Assembly: GCF_021869535.1 (NCBI RefSeq)
Contig: NW_026262723.1
Location: 83,514,001-83,578,000 of the forward strand
Source: Mytilus californianus
Lineage: Eukaryota
Direction: 5' to 3'
DNA: 64,000 nucleotides
Positions 1 to 12,345 of the stretch are shown piece after piece; positions within the stretch are counted from its first letter, which is position 1; each line of letters starts with the position of its first letter. A program made the translations under genes and the position numbers. A model generated the notes under the pieces. It had not been told where the DNA came from. It did no database searches and saw only the letters and a program-made list of their open reading frames with translations.

Positions 1-2322
1 TATATTTATCCTGCAATCAGCTAACTATTGTACAAATAACAGGTACACAAATAAATTTTTGCTTTATTTGTACTTGTACAAATAAAGTCTCCTGTTACCC
101 CGCTTCCATGTTGAGCAAGCGGTAATGTGGATATTTCTTTTTGCGTACCAGTTCATTTTGGGGTCCTCGTCGCAGTCCGCGTTTAAACTATGTCGATTTC
201 TTAGAAAAACTAGAGACAATGATTTAGATTTTAACAACTAAAGTTTCAAGTGTTGGGTGTAAATTTCAGGATAAAAACAATATATGTACATTGTCGGAAA
301 ATATAAAATTTATTTGTACTCGCTACGAAACAGGAGAAAAGCTCGGCGAGCCTCGCTTTTCGTCCTGTTTCTAAAGCTCATACAAATAAATTTTATATTT
401 TCCGACAATGTACATATATTGTATATTTATATTTGCATCAATATTGCGAAATTCCCTACCTTTGGACAATAACATAGAAATTTTACAGTAAAATTGGAAA
501 TGAAAAGAGAAAAAAGTATGGTCAGAAAGAATATCAGACTTGCTATGAATATGGCTGGATCACAACATCAACGATGCTTTGATTTTTAATGTCAATCATT
601 GGGATGGCCAACTCGGCAACTGATTACCACAATTGCATTTTGTTTATTTAGTCTTAAGGGATTAAAATCGGGATAATATATAAAAAGTCCGACTGGCTAA
701 AAATAATTTTGAAAGCCCTGGTTCAAATATCATGTAAATTGTTGAGATTCCCGTCCCTTAACCATACAGTTTCTTGTTTGACATGCACAGTTAATTGAAT
801 TATATATAGAGTGAGTCTTCAATGATAAATATTTACGGGGTCTTTGTTTGGGAAATCTTCGTACATGTAACAGCATCCTGTTACAATTATTTCTTGTTTT
901 TTTTTCCCTTATTGTCATTCTGCTGTTTGGCATTGGCCAAGATCATATCTCATTGCACTGTTCACAACGAAGCTGTATGAAATCTTCTTGGAAGTACAAC
1001 TGCCAATATTAGAAAGTAGGACGGCATGATTTCTATATCAACAGTTTAAGTACTTTGAGCATTATTCAGTAACTGTGAGTATTCTTTAGTGTTGGTCAAC
1101 TTGTACCTATATTATTGCTGTCCATAATACCGATATTATACTTTTAAGTACCCTTTCTCTAAACAGTCTTGTGTTTATTGATTAATTGTTGTTTGCTTAA
1201 CGCCCGACCACATATATTTCATGCATATTTATAACGAGAACAAATTAACAGCACAATAGGTAGGTTCTGCATGGTATGAGCTGACCGAGATAAAGGACGG
1301 GAAATTTAGGGACCCCTCAGAGAGTTCTTGAAACATCCCCACTCAGACAGAATGTGACTGAGAATTTAAACATCCCGTACAGCCAAACGGACGCCCCACT
1401 TCAAGGGTTTTACTAGATGTGAAGAAATTCAGGAACGACCACATTGTTTTACCACACATCTAGGTGTCATATTTATTAATAATTTGTAAATGGAATAAGC
1501 ATGTTGATAAACAGTAATTACTGATCCAGAAACTAGGAAGCAGCTAAATGTTTTGACGCGAACATAAATTCAGACTAAAAAGGGAATATTTGGAAAATTT
1601 ATATAATCTTTATTCGACTGATATTTCAATATTCATCATAAGATAATTGTGGGAAAATAAATTCTGATCGGTTAGAAAATAATTCAAATTGAGACTGCTC
1701 ATATAGTTACTGGATTACCAAATTATGCTAGCCGAAACGCTACTTGCAGGAAGATTTGGGAAAATTAAGCGGAAGGCGGGAGGTAAAAAAAATGGCTCTG
1801 TTTTAACAATCAGGCTCCAGATTATCTACCCGACTTGATTCCAGAATTGGTATCTGATATTAGTTATTATAATTTACAGACACAATATCGCTATTCAAGT
1901 GAATCATTCTCATCATCCATATCATTGTGGGACACTTTGTACATCAATATTAGACAGATTACTAACTTTTCATTGTGCATATTTTACACTGAAAGAATAA
2001 AGAACCTTCAAGCTATGTTTACTCTGGAGATTGCTTACTATCTGTATAACATACAAGGCTGCGAAACCGGTGTTGCACTCTTCAATCTGATTTGTTTAAT
2101 GCAAACTTAGTAAAAATGTTAATTGTTTTTGTGGTTTTATCAATGAAGATGCTAAACATTATTTATTATACTGTAACAATTATTCGGCACTAAGGCTTTT
2201 AATGAAATCAATGTTTTTGCTGTCAATATTACAACTGAATTATTGCTTTCTAGAGATGAGACTTTGCGTTCTGACGAAAATGATCGTGTTTTATCTGTAC
2301 AAACGTATATAAAAAGTACCAA

Positions 2323-5211
2323 CACGGTGTATATTCATAACGCTTCCTTTCCGATAGAATCGGCGTTTTTGCTTCCTTTCCGAATCAGAAAACGCGTCCT
2401 TTCGGAGTTCCGATGACGACATCGCACAGGAGCACGAGCTAAAAGTGATTAAACCATTGTGGTGACGTCAGCCTATTAATTTACCGTAGATTCTTTTTCT
2501 AGAATCAACGCTTCCTAAATCTGCCGCTGAAATTGACCCACCAAATTAGATTCAATTGTTTCCTTTGTGTGCCTAATTTCATTAAGTTTGAATTGGCTAA
2601 TTTACTGATTTCTGTTGGAATAAATTTAAAAATTTACCTTTATTTTTTGTAATTTGTATATGCCTTCACTGGGAATCGAACCCTTCCTTGAAATCTGTTA
2701 TGTGTGACTGACATCAACACATTGACGAAACCTCTCGGCTACCAATGGGTTACACTATAGATGTCTATTTTATATATTTAAATGAACATCTGATATACAT
2801 CGGTTCATCGGACACACAGGGCTTGTACCTTTATATAGACACAATAGGCAGTCGTATAGTATGAGTTGGTAGCCGCGAGGTTAGCATGGTTAAAATCAAT
2901 GAGTTAAAGATAGGGATTTGTCGGTTTAGGTTCGAATCCTTGTATTCTCTCTGTTGTTCCAATTCTTAAATGATCCTGGTTTTTTTCTAATTTTGCATGT
3001 TATAGTGGATATTTTTGTAATAATAGCGAGTTTTACCGGTTTTTTTTTTTATATTATTATTGGCTATTTCACATGTTTGAAACAAAAATGATTTCATGGT
3101 TTCTTTTTCAAGAATCCACGCTTATCCATTGTATCTATATAACATAATGCTGCCGTCAAGAGGTAAGTTAAATAAAAATATGTAGCTCACGGAACTTTGC
3201 CGAATGTTTTGTCTTAATTTATACCAAGTTGATTTCATTAAAAAAATAATATAAACCAGTTTAAACAGTTCCACAATCTCAGCGTCGTTGACGATTACCG
3301 ATAAAAAATACATTTGTTTCCTCAGAAACTATTTTAAAATGCATGAAGCATATTGATTTGCAAACTTTTCCGTGATTATATTTTTACTTATCAAATGGTT
3401 TTACCTTGTCTAGCTAACCTGAAACATCCGTATAACTCTTTTTTAAAAAAAACAAGGAAACTCTTCCTTTCCGATAAATCAGTCCCAGCGTCAATTTTGG
3501 AAACGCTTACTTTCGGAGTCTAAGGAAACGACTCCTTTTTCAGTTCCGATAAATCAGTCCCAGCGTCAATTTTGGAAACGCTTACTTTCGGAGTCTAAGG
3601 AAACGACTCCTTTTTCAGATTCACGTATAAGTAATGTTATTTTTAAATAAAAATGTAGCCGTACGCGCAGGCTAAGAAGTAAGCACGACTTTAACTTATT
3701 GTTTTTACGATATAAAAAGTATAAGATATGGACTTTGTGACAATGAGACAACATTTCATTAATATAGAACATGGTAAAATGTCACCGTGAATGATCACAT
3801 TTTCGGTCAAGGTTGCATCTCCCATATCCTTTCTTATACATTAGCAAAATTGTAAGGCAGAACTTTGTATTTTGGCATTATTTAAAGAATAAAGGGCAGA
3901 TTCTCAATGAAATGCACATATATATACTGTTACTTTCAGCCGAAAAAAATCAATTCTAAAAGAAAAAAGAGAGGACTCTGCCGGGCTTCGTGCACCGAAG
4001 AGAGCAAAGGTAACTTTTATATCTGAAGAAAACCAGACAATGCCAGACACATGTCTGGATTTGTAATTATCTTAGAACGTCACATGTTTGCATGCATGGG
4101 TGTTATCATGTCGATTATGTAATAGGACGCAGTTTTGTAAATCCTGAGTTGACAGACAAGACAATTCACATGATTCCTTAAGCAATGAAGTCGGGAAAAT
4201 CAAAAGTTATCAATTTAAGTTTACACAGATCTAATTTTGTTGCATAAATGTTCATTTTAAAATATTTTTACAACATAATGCTGATCAATGCTTATATGAG
4301 ATCCATCATTTTGATTTTTATAAGTCCCGGGACACCAAAATGTTTAAGCAGAGATGCATCTATCCACAGTCTGACCGTTGGTATAAACATTTTTAATTTA
4401 TCTGAAAGGATGCGTTTCCTAGTAACTGTTATCTCAAAGGAAGCGTTTCCAAACTCTGAAAGGAGGCGTTTTGGTTGATGTTCAGAAAAAAAAACAGATT
4501 TTGCATGCTTGAAAAGGTTAGGAATCTTATAATATATACAAAATGAAAACTCAGAACTTATATTATAATCTAATTAATTGTATATTGTGTTAAACGGTCA
4601 ATTGTTCTTGCATTCATGACTTTTATTTTTGATAAACTTGTTGTACTCGTCGACGCTCAGTCGGAAAGCAAGCCCTTATCTGTTTTTACTTGCCATTGGA
4701 GTCAGAAATAGATGTCTTTCTATCTTTTAAGCATGTGTCTGATTTTTAAATAAAACTGAGACTACTATAACACATGTGTTGTAGTAGTCTCAGAAGAAAA
4801 TAATACCCAAATTGGCCGTCCTTTAACAAATACGGTACAGTAAAATGTAGTCTGTTAGTTTTTTCTTCTTTTTTTTTCACAGATAACCAAAAATTATAAC
4901 GTTATATATATATAACCTATAAAAAAATAATAACGTATCTGTTGTAGTGTAAATCCGTATGCTTTCTGTAATCGATTGAAGACATTAGCAAATCTTATTT
5001 TGGATACTTGTTTATGTACTTTGTTCCGTCACCTATCAATTCTTTCAAGAATATTAGTATTTCATTGATAAATTGGCATAAAGGACACCTACCATTCAAT
5101 CGTTGTAATCTTTTTCTGTGTAGTATCGGAAAGGACGCGTTTTCTGACTCGGAAAGGAAGCAAAAACGCCGATTCTATATCGGAAAGGAAGCGTTATGAA
5201 TATACACCGTG
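2323..5211. mobile_element. Non-autonomous DNA transposon with ~85-bp imperfect TIRs starting CACGG (CMC/Chapaev-like)
   Basis: 2323-2407 (cacggtgtatattcataacgcttcctttccgat...) is the reverse complement of 5126-5211. The motif cttcctttccga/cggaaaggaag recurs subterminally and internally (3466-3617, 4435-4470). No transposase ORF and no clear TSD. Confidence 0.75.
3471..3617. repeat. ~75-bp tandem duplication inside the TIR element
   Basis: ccgataaatcagtcccagcgtcaattttggaaacgc... starts at both 3471 and 3546. Confidence 0.9.
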
Positions 5212-5434
5212 GTTACTAAGTTCACTAACTGGTGTCTAATCCATTAGTCTTTTTGAACATTAAAATGTGTTTAAACTAAACCAAAACTACTTAACATTTT
5301 GATCCATATCATTAGTGTAAAGATTAGGTAAAATAAACATACCACTAAAAGGTACAAGTAAAATCACTTATAAAGATGCTCACAGTAAATGTGAAAGATT
5401 GATTTGACTATTCTGTTTGTGTCTCTCTAGGTCA

Positions 5435-5754
5435 TACACTGTAAAATGGTGTTTAGATCCTAAACACATTTCTAAGCACATCTTTTGTGCACTTTTTTAC
5501 ATGTTTAGATCTAAACGTGTCTCAGTACAATGTGTTCAGGATTGTGTTTAGAATCGTGTTTAGCTTAGAAATAAGTGTTTAATTTCTAAACACTTTCAGT
5601 TTTAAACACAATAAAAGTGTTTAAATTCAAGACATGTTTAGATATTATGTGCTTACTGAGAAATGTGTTTAGAAATTAAACACAATCCTAAACACGTTTA
5701 GATCTAAATATGTGATACAAGTGTTTAATTTCTAAGCACGACTTTTACAGTGTA
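5435..5754. mobile_element. MITE, ~320 bp, TIR TACACTGTAAAA
   Basis: tacactgtaaaa at 5435-5446 and ttttacagtgta at 5743-5754; interior rich in gtgttta/taaacac motifs. Confidence 0.8.
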
Positions 5755-6040
5755 TACAATAGCTCCTCGCGTGTTCAGGTACTTGCACGACTTTTACAGT
5801 GTATACAATAGCTCTTCACGTGTTCAGGTACTTGCACGACTTTTACAGTGTATACAATAGCTCTTCACGTGTTCAGGTACTTGCACGACTTTTACAGTGT
5901 ATACAATAGCTCTTCACGTGTTCAGGTACTTGCACGACTTTTACAGTGTATACAATAGCTCTTCACGTGTTCAGGTACTTGCACAACTTTTACAGTGTAT
6001 ACAATAGCTCTTCACGTGTTCAGGTACTTGCACAACTTTT
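5739..6040. repeat. 49-bp minisatellite, ~6 copies
   Basis: Unit cgacttttacagtgtatacaatagctcttcacgtgttcaggtacttgca at 5739, 5788, 5837, 5886, 5935, 5984. Confidence 0.95.
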
Positions 6041-6049
6041 AAAATTTTT

Positions 6050-6130
6050 GGTTTGAGCGTTCTTGATGAAAGTAAATAAAAAAAAGAACTTCGGACGCAC
6101 CAAACGTTATAGAATGTTATTTTCAACTCT
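6050..6130 (+). pseudogene. Degenerate hammerhead/retrozyme fragment (UUC class)
   Basis: tgagcgttcttgatgaaagtaaat...cttcggacgc matches the hammerheads at 13477-13520 and 13825-13868. Stem I (gcgttc/ggacgc) is retained, but the core is mutated (TTGATGA) and stem II is lost. Confidence 0.7.
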
Positions 6131-6360
6131 GAAAATAAAAATCAATTAAGGTTCTTTTAAAATCAACTTGCTGATAAGAAATCAGGTCTATCATCAACTG
6201 CTGAATTTAAAAGTATATTTTATTTATTAACGTTATAAACAAGAGCATACATGATCTTGCTAATTGCCCTCCCCAAAAAAACAACAAACAAACAATAAAA
6301 AAAAACATAAAACACACCAAGCATAATGGTTGAACAACAGGATGATAACCTTCATTAATA

Positions 6361-6490
6361 CAGTGGCGGATCCAGGGGGAAAAGGGGGGTGGTTCCGGGG
6401 GTCGGAACCCCCTTCTTTTGACGATCAATGCTTTTGAATGGAGACATATGGTTGGAACCCCTCTTTTAAAAATGGCTGGATCCGCCCCTG
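6361..6490. mobile_element. Short MITE with TIR CAG(T/G)GGCGGATCCAG
   Basis: cagtggcggatccag at the left end and ctggatccgcccctg at the right end; a related fragment lies near 11320-11472. Confidence 0.8.
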
Positions 6491-6642
6491 CAATATGTCT
6501 CATAAGCCAAATATTTAAGCAATTTTGTCATTTAGTTCAGTGGCCTAGAACTTAAACATGAATTGCCATTTTTTTAATATTCCGATTATAGCGTCCTGGG
6601 ACTGACCTTTGAATTTAAGATAGAATTTTTTATTCAGTAGCT

Positions 6643-7026
6643 TTATAATCCTGGTACCTTTGATAACTATTTACACCACTGGGTGGATGCCGCTGCTGGT
6701 GAACGTTTCGTCCCCGAGGGTATCACCAGCCCAGAAGTCAGCACTTCGGTGTTGACATGAATATCAATTATATGGTCATTTTTATAAATTTCCTGTTACA
6801 AAACTTTGAATTTTTCGGAAAACTAAGGATTTTCTTATCCCAGGAATAGATTACCTTAGCCGTATTTGGCACAACTTTTTGGAATTTTGGGTCCTCAATG
6901 CTCTTCAACTTTGTACTTGTTTGGCTTTATAACTATTTTGATCTGAGCGTCACTGATGAGTCTTATGTCGACGAAACGCGCGTCTGGCGTATTAAATTAT
7001 AATCCTGGTACCTTTGATAACTATTT
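6643..7026 (+). mobile_element. Retrozyme (non-autonomous ribozyme retroelement): one 354-bp monomer plus a 30-bp terminal direct repeat
   Basis: ttataatcctggtacctttgataactattt at 6643 and 6997 (period 354). Contains a type I hammerhead. Near-identical to 38557-39059. Confidence 0.85.
6947..6990 (+). ncRNA. Type I hammerhead ribozyme (minimal, palindromic stem III)
   Basis: Stem I GCGTCA/TGGCGT; CTGATGA 6953-6959; stem II GTC..GAC; GAAA 6973-6976; C-GCGC-G; GTC cleavage triplet ending 6984. Confidence 0.88.
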
Positions 7027-7297
7027 GAACATTCCACGGTCTTTTTTCGTTTACTTTGATTGCATTTTTCGATCTGACGATGCTAGCACAAAATGATGAA
7101 CGAAGTACAATGCCAACATAAACACTAAACATTTCTTCAACGTGTACAATACATGAATAAAAAGTATAAAATGCACTATTTTTTATTTATTTCTAATTTA
7201 CAGGACAGAATACAGATCCTCAAACATACATTATCATTGTTTCTGAAGGGCAACGTTTTTTCCATCAGGAACCAGATGAGTTATTTCCTTGAATGAC

Positions 7298-7480
7298 TTA
7301 ATGACATACCCTTCCGGAGCGCTTATATCACCCCCGGTTTTTGGTGGGGTTCGTGTTGCTCAGTCTTTAGTTTTCTATGTTGTGTTTTGTGTACTGTTGT
7401 TTGTCTTTGGTCTTTTTTTTTGCCATATATTTTGGTATCTTTCGCCTCTCTTTTTAACATACCACATTTTTAACTAACTA
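7298..7480 (+). repeat. Dispersed SINE-like/retroelement 3' tail fragment
   Basis: acccttccggagc...gttgctcagtc...gtgttttgtgtactgttgtttg recurs at 31357-31560. Confidence 0.7.
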
Positions 7481-7647
7481 AGTTTTGCTCTGTTTAGTAC
7501 AGATCTTGCAAATGTGAACCGTTAACAAACGACGTAGTTCCCATAAGTAATAACAGTGACACGTTCTGAAAGAGTAAGACGTAACAGCAAGGTTTAGAAA
7601 TCTTCTGTGTTAAATAGCACTAAGTAAGGCGTGGTGTATAGATAATA

Positions 7648-7653
7648 TTTATT
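7648..7653 (-). terminator. Candidate polyadenylation signal of dehydratase copy 1
   Basis: AATAAA on the minus strand about 260 nt after the stop. Confidence 0.4.
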
Positions 7654-7912
7654 TCCAATAGAGGAACCCATTGCAGGCAAACATCAGTACAATTATTAGA
7701 TAAATACATATGAATTATACAAATTACAAACTTTAAATAAGAAATATCTTAAATCTGGAATATATCATTATATTCAGAGTTTCTTGAGCATGTGCCAGAA
7801 ACAGCACTATATTCCAGACGTAGATAAAAAGGAAAAAAATGATACGGGAGTGATTGTCCAATTTAAACCAATGTTGTTTGGTAAACTGCTTGGATCCGTT
7901 GAACATACGATA

Positions 7913-9208
7913 TTAAAAAGGCATGTGAGCTTTTTCAGGAACTTTTCTGTTAATATTCTTGTCTGCTTGTTCCTTTGACTGTTTTTCTGTACGCTCATAA
8001 GGACGTTTAAGAGTATCATGACAAAGAGTAACTCCAAATCCTGGACGATCTGGTAAATCTATAAATCCATCCTTTGGAAGTGGTTCATCTACGAAAAGAT
8101 TGCCAAAATATGGTGTAATTTTGTCTGCTTTTGGGCTAAGATTTATGAATTCGGCTACAGGACAATTCCGAAACGCATACTGCAGATGGTAGGAATACAC
8201 GCTTGATCCATGGGGAATTATGATTGTATCATATGGAGAAGCCATGGCACACACTCGACGCGCCTCGGTAATACCTCCGAGCCAAGTTATATCTGGCTGC
8301 AGAATATCAACACACCCTGCGGTAATTAGTTGCTGAAATCCGTATCTACTGTATTCATGCTCTGCTGTGGTCAACATTACGCTACTTCCGCGTAAGGCGC
8401 TACGAACCTCGTTATATCCAGTGTAATTATCTGGTGGTAGAAACTCTTCCATCCATTTCAGCCCGTATTTTTCAAGTTCTTTAGCTAATTTAATTGCATA
8501 TGGCACAGTAAGAGCCATGTAACAGTCTAACATAAGCGGAAAGTTTGGACCAACCTTCTCTCTCCAATTCTTAAAGAACTCCACATTTTTACGGAAACCT
8601 TCATCGCCTGCTGCTGGCCCGTATGGACATGGTACTTTCGCACCGACGAAACCAAAGTCTTTAGCTATATCTGGTCGTGCTGTTGTACAGTAGACTGGAA
8701 GTCTATCTTTTGTTTTCCCGCCAAGTAAAGCATAAACTGGTTCCTTTCGGATTTTTCCCAATAAATCCCAGATAGCAATATCTACGGCGCTTATTGCCTG
8801 AACAGACAAACCTTTTCTTCCATAATTCCAGGTAGCACGAAACATTTGATCCCAAATAAGCTCAACATCTCGAGGATCTTGACCTTCGACAAAACGACTT
8901 AAATGTTTTTCAACTATATAACACCCAGGTTCTCCGCCAATAGTGATCCCGACACCTGTCGTTCCATCCGTGGCTTCCACCTCGACTACAAGGGATCCAA
9001 GCGCATTAATACCCCATGATTTTCTGGTCGCTGAATACTGTTCGTAACCCGACATTGGATTAGCGACAGGGGTCGGGAACCCGTTAATCCAGTGATCGTC
9101 TTGCACATCATGACAGTCGGCTCCCTGGTCTCCTAGCGACTGCTGCTCAGTAACAAAGGCTCGAACAGCTTTAATTCTGGGGAAATCTCTGCACTTATTG
9201 TTCGACAT
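7913..9208 (-). CDS. rhmD: L-rhamnonate dehydratase-like protein, copy 1 (enolase/mandelate racemase superfamily), 431 aa, intronless CDS
   Basis: Uninterrupted ORF colinear with RhmD/fungal LRA3-LGD1 as recalled: GADCHD, RKSWGINALG, YGRKGL, metal ligands LDCY/WMEEF/AEHEY, QPD-IPHGSS Asp-His dyad, AEF, PGFGV. The symbol is a family label, not proven orthology. Confidence 0.92.
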   Translation of the reverse strand: MSNNKCRDFPRIKAVRAFVTEQQSLGDQGADCHDVQDDHWINGFPTPVANPMSGYEQYSATRKSWGINALGSLVVEVEATDGTTGVGITIGGEPGCYIVEKHLSRFVEGQDPRDVELIWDQMFRATWNYGRKGLSVQAISAVDIAIWDLLGKIRKEPVYALLGGKTKDRLPVYCTTARPDIAKDFGFVGAKVPCPYGPAAGDEGFRKNVEFFKNWREKVGPNFPLMLDCYMALTVPYAIKLAKELEKYGLKWMEEFLPPDNYTGYNEVRSALRGSSVMLTTAEHEYSRYGFQQLITAGCVDILQPDITWLGGITEARRVCAMASPYDTIIIPHGSSVYSYHLQYAFRNCPVAEFINLSPKADKITPYFGNLFVDEPLPKDGFIDLPDRPGFGVTLCHDTLKRPYERTEKQSKEQADKNINRKVPEKAHMPF

Positions 9209-9336
9209 GATGAACCTTTTTTGATGAATTGCAATCTTCCGATGGTTAACAGGTGTAGTTATCAGTACGTACGTGGCTATGTAAATTCATCCTATGCTTA
9301 TTTGTCAACAACACCTTACCTATCAAATACTAGCTT

Positions 9337-9346
9337 TATTTATATA
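9337..9346 (-). promoter_or_regulatory. Candidate TATA box of dehydratase copy 1
   Basis: Minus strand reads TATATAAATA about 130 nt upstream of the ATG. Confidence 0.45.
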
Positions 9347-12164
9347 AAGGTATCTTATAGTTGATAAACACCGTCCGTGGGAAAGATAGAGATAGATGGG
9401 GCAATTGATAATGGAGATTAAATAAAGAGCTCATTGAAGGTCGCATCAGTCGGCCCGATAAATTACGGGGCAACAGTTAATTAAAGTCCACAATATAAAC
9501 AATCATATGGAAAGCAGTTGATAATTTATCCTTCATTCTGTTATTTTTGTTATGTTATGTTTTTATCGTTTTAACAATTATTGATAAATGTTATTGTTAA
9601 TTCACAGCGTCTGGTATTTATGGAAGTCATTTATTCGCTTATATTTTTTATAGTTTGAAATAATACAAAATTGTGTCTTTATTTATTCTTTATTTTCATC
9701 TCTGTTTTACCGTTTTTGTATTGCAGAAGGGTTATCTGTTCATGCCATTGAAGTACACTCGGAAGTACAGCTGTTTATAGCAAAGTGTAGGACGTTGGGA
9801 TTTTTATATCACAAATCATCAAGTACTTTTTAGTACTTTGAGTGTGCTTCAGTAATTGAATGCATTCTTGATCTTTCTTGAAAGGTATTATTTGGTGTTG
9901 GTCCAATTGAACTGGTGTTTTTGTTCGTGAGGCATTACGTTTATCGTACCAAATCTAACAGGACATGGCTTAGAAGATATACATCACACACAGCCAATCG
10001 GACACCCTCCTTATCATTGGTTTTACCGCCAGATGGAATAAGTCCAGGTGATCATATAGTGCTACCCAAGTCAACTAATTGGGGTAACATAATCCCCCGC
10101 CCCCTGAAAAAAAGAAACATTACATACAATAATTGAACAAAAACATTAAGATAATAAACTTTATCAATATTTGTAATACGGCAATAATAATGTAAACTGT
10201 GTGTGAGATGCCACTTCTTATTAGATATATATTCCTGCAGTTGGAATCATAATGCGAAAAAAAAACTCGAGTACAGCCAAAACGACTAATGTGACACAGC
10301 TGCTTATGTGAAGCGGCGAAAATGTTTTATTATAAATGAAATAGTTGACATATGGCACATTTAACTTGTTTAAATGTGAGGTAGGAAACAACTGTTCAAT
10401 GAAAGAAATGTTATTGCCTGGTCGTTTATTTAAGGCTGAGGTTGCAATTTCAGGCCATTAAAATTTACCAGTGATATATTAATTTTATCCTTAGAAAGTC
10501 AGTATTTCCTGTCTTTGAATTATTTCTCAATGCATGTAATTGCATATAATTTTGTAGGTGTAGCTTATTCAGAAGGTACGATTCAGAACATCAATAAATA
10601 AAGCGGTTGAGTCATATAAGCTTATATTAAACTCCAAATCGACGGTCAATTATTTGCGCCTTTAATTGAAATCTTTTTCCTTCCGTTCAAGTCGTTTGAT
10701 AGCTGAGCGTGCAGTTTTGTTTGTACATTGCATGGTAGCTATCGTGAATCTATAAACAGATAATATGATAGTTCAAATATGTTGATAAGTTTTCTTACGA
10801 TAACCAAATTCACCAGATAGTTTAATTTATATTTAACCTATAGCTGTACAATGTAACCTATGGGAATGCAACAAGAGTATAAATCTCAATAACCGAAAAT
10901 TATACCATAGCTATCTATGGTATAATTTTCACAATTATACCATGGTTTTGTTGTATTTGGTATTCGAAAAGAAAAAAAGGAAGATAGCAAGGCCTATTCG
11001 AGGCCGCCTGATTTTTTTTAAATAGGAACAACAGAGTCAGTGTAGGGGCCACTAAGCTAAACCGCCCGCTTTGCACCAGCCGATATAAATGAATGCCTAG
11101 GGTGGGAATCGAACCCACATACACCAACTCCGTTGTCCTATATTTTTAAATGAACGAAAATTCGATTCAAGAACAAAGTTTTAAAAAAAAAGTATATATA
11201 AATATATTATTATATTATACTTGAAAATATAATTCGATTTTCGGTTATTGAGATGTATACTTGGATTGTAGTCCCTTAGGATCAACTGTATAGCTACATG
11301 TAAAGGTTGAAATTTGCCGTGGCGGCTTTTTAAGGGGGAGGAAGGGGGAAGGCATGCCCCTTTCAAGAAGCTTTATATATGGTAAATGCATAGATATTTC
11401 GTTTTATTACTCCAAATATTGGATGGCTAGACCCCCCCCCCCCCCCTCCTTTTCAAAATCCTGGATCCGTATCCGATTTTATATACATCTTAATTTAACG
11501 ATTTGCTTAAGTAATAACTATAATGTTGGGCCGTTAAGAATAGAAAGCGTCTGGTTACTCTAAATAAAGGTGAACTTTTGTTTAAATTATCTATAGTCTA
11601 CATGTGATTTTTAATGATCTTTAATCGTGATCATTTTGAAATCCTTTTTAATTAGATTCAATTAAATGAACAACTTGGGCTTCTGGTACAAATTAAAACA
11701 TGGAATGATTCATCCAAACTCTCAGAAAGATTCTTGTGAATTAAATTTCCACAGAATTATAAATTAATACCAAAAACTTAAAAACATTTCAAATATTTTG
11801 ATAAAATAAAATAAAAAACTAACCCTTTGCAGTTCAACTTTAAATCTGGGTTCCAGAAATCTTTCAAACTATATCTTGCGTCCATATACATACAGAACAT
11901 ATAATTCCTTCAACAGTTTTTAGTCTGTAACGTTACCCGTCACCAATGTAGATGTGCATCCATCGCTGTCGAAAAATCTTGTCCAACTGATTTCCCCGCT
12001 GTTTCAGAAGCCCGTGCGTATTTTATAAAGTAGGCGGAGCTTAATGTGTAAGGTCCTAAAAGGGTAATTTGACCGATTCTTATCAAAATTATTTTTGAAG
12101 TTAATAAACAAAAATATATGAAATATACATTTTTAAACAACAACATATGCAATAGGTTAAAACA

Positions 12165-12345
12165 GATATTTCATATATTTTGGTTAGTTTTGTGGTGTTT
12201 CGTAAATTATACCATAGTTTTTTGTTGAAACCCCTCGGCAACCTCACTCGACTTCGTCTCGTGAGGTTATTGCCGGGGGTTTCAACAAAAGCTATGGTAT
12301 AATTTACGAAACACCACAAAACTATTCAAAAGATATGAAATATCT
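12165..12345. mobile_element. Foldback/palindromic MITE
   Basis: ~63-bp arms 12185-12247 and 12261-12324 are near-perfect inverted repeats; the flanks (gatatttcata/tatgaaatatc) are also inverted. Confidence 0.8.

Noticed and set aside
2875-2945. Functional tRNA gene
   Set aside because: Only A/B-box-like motifs; no convincing acceptor stem or cloverleaf. The same applies to the motif near 11103.
284-6503. Numerous 60-100-aa ORFs at the start of the window (and similar ones elsewhere)
   Set aside because: Low-complexity translations of AT-rich or repeat DNA with no domain signature or splice-consistent structure.
9209-9222. Shine-Dalgarno-like AAAGG before the copy 1 ATG as a relic of bacterial origin
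   Set aside because: Too short to be significant in AT-rich DNA, and not shared by copy 2.
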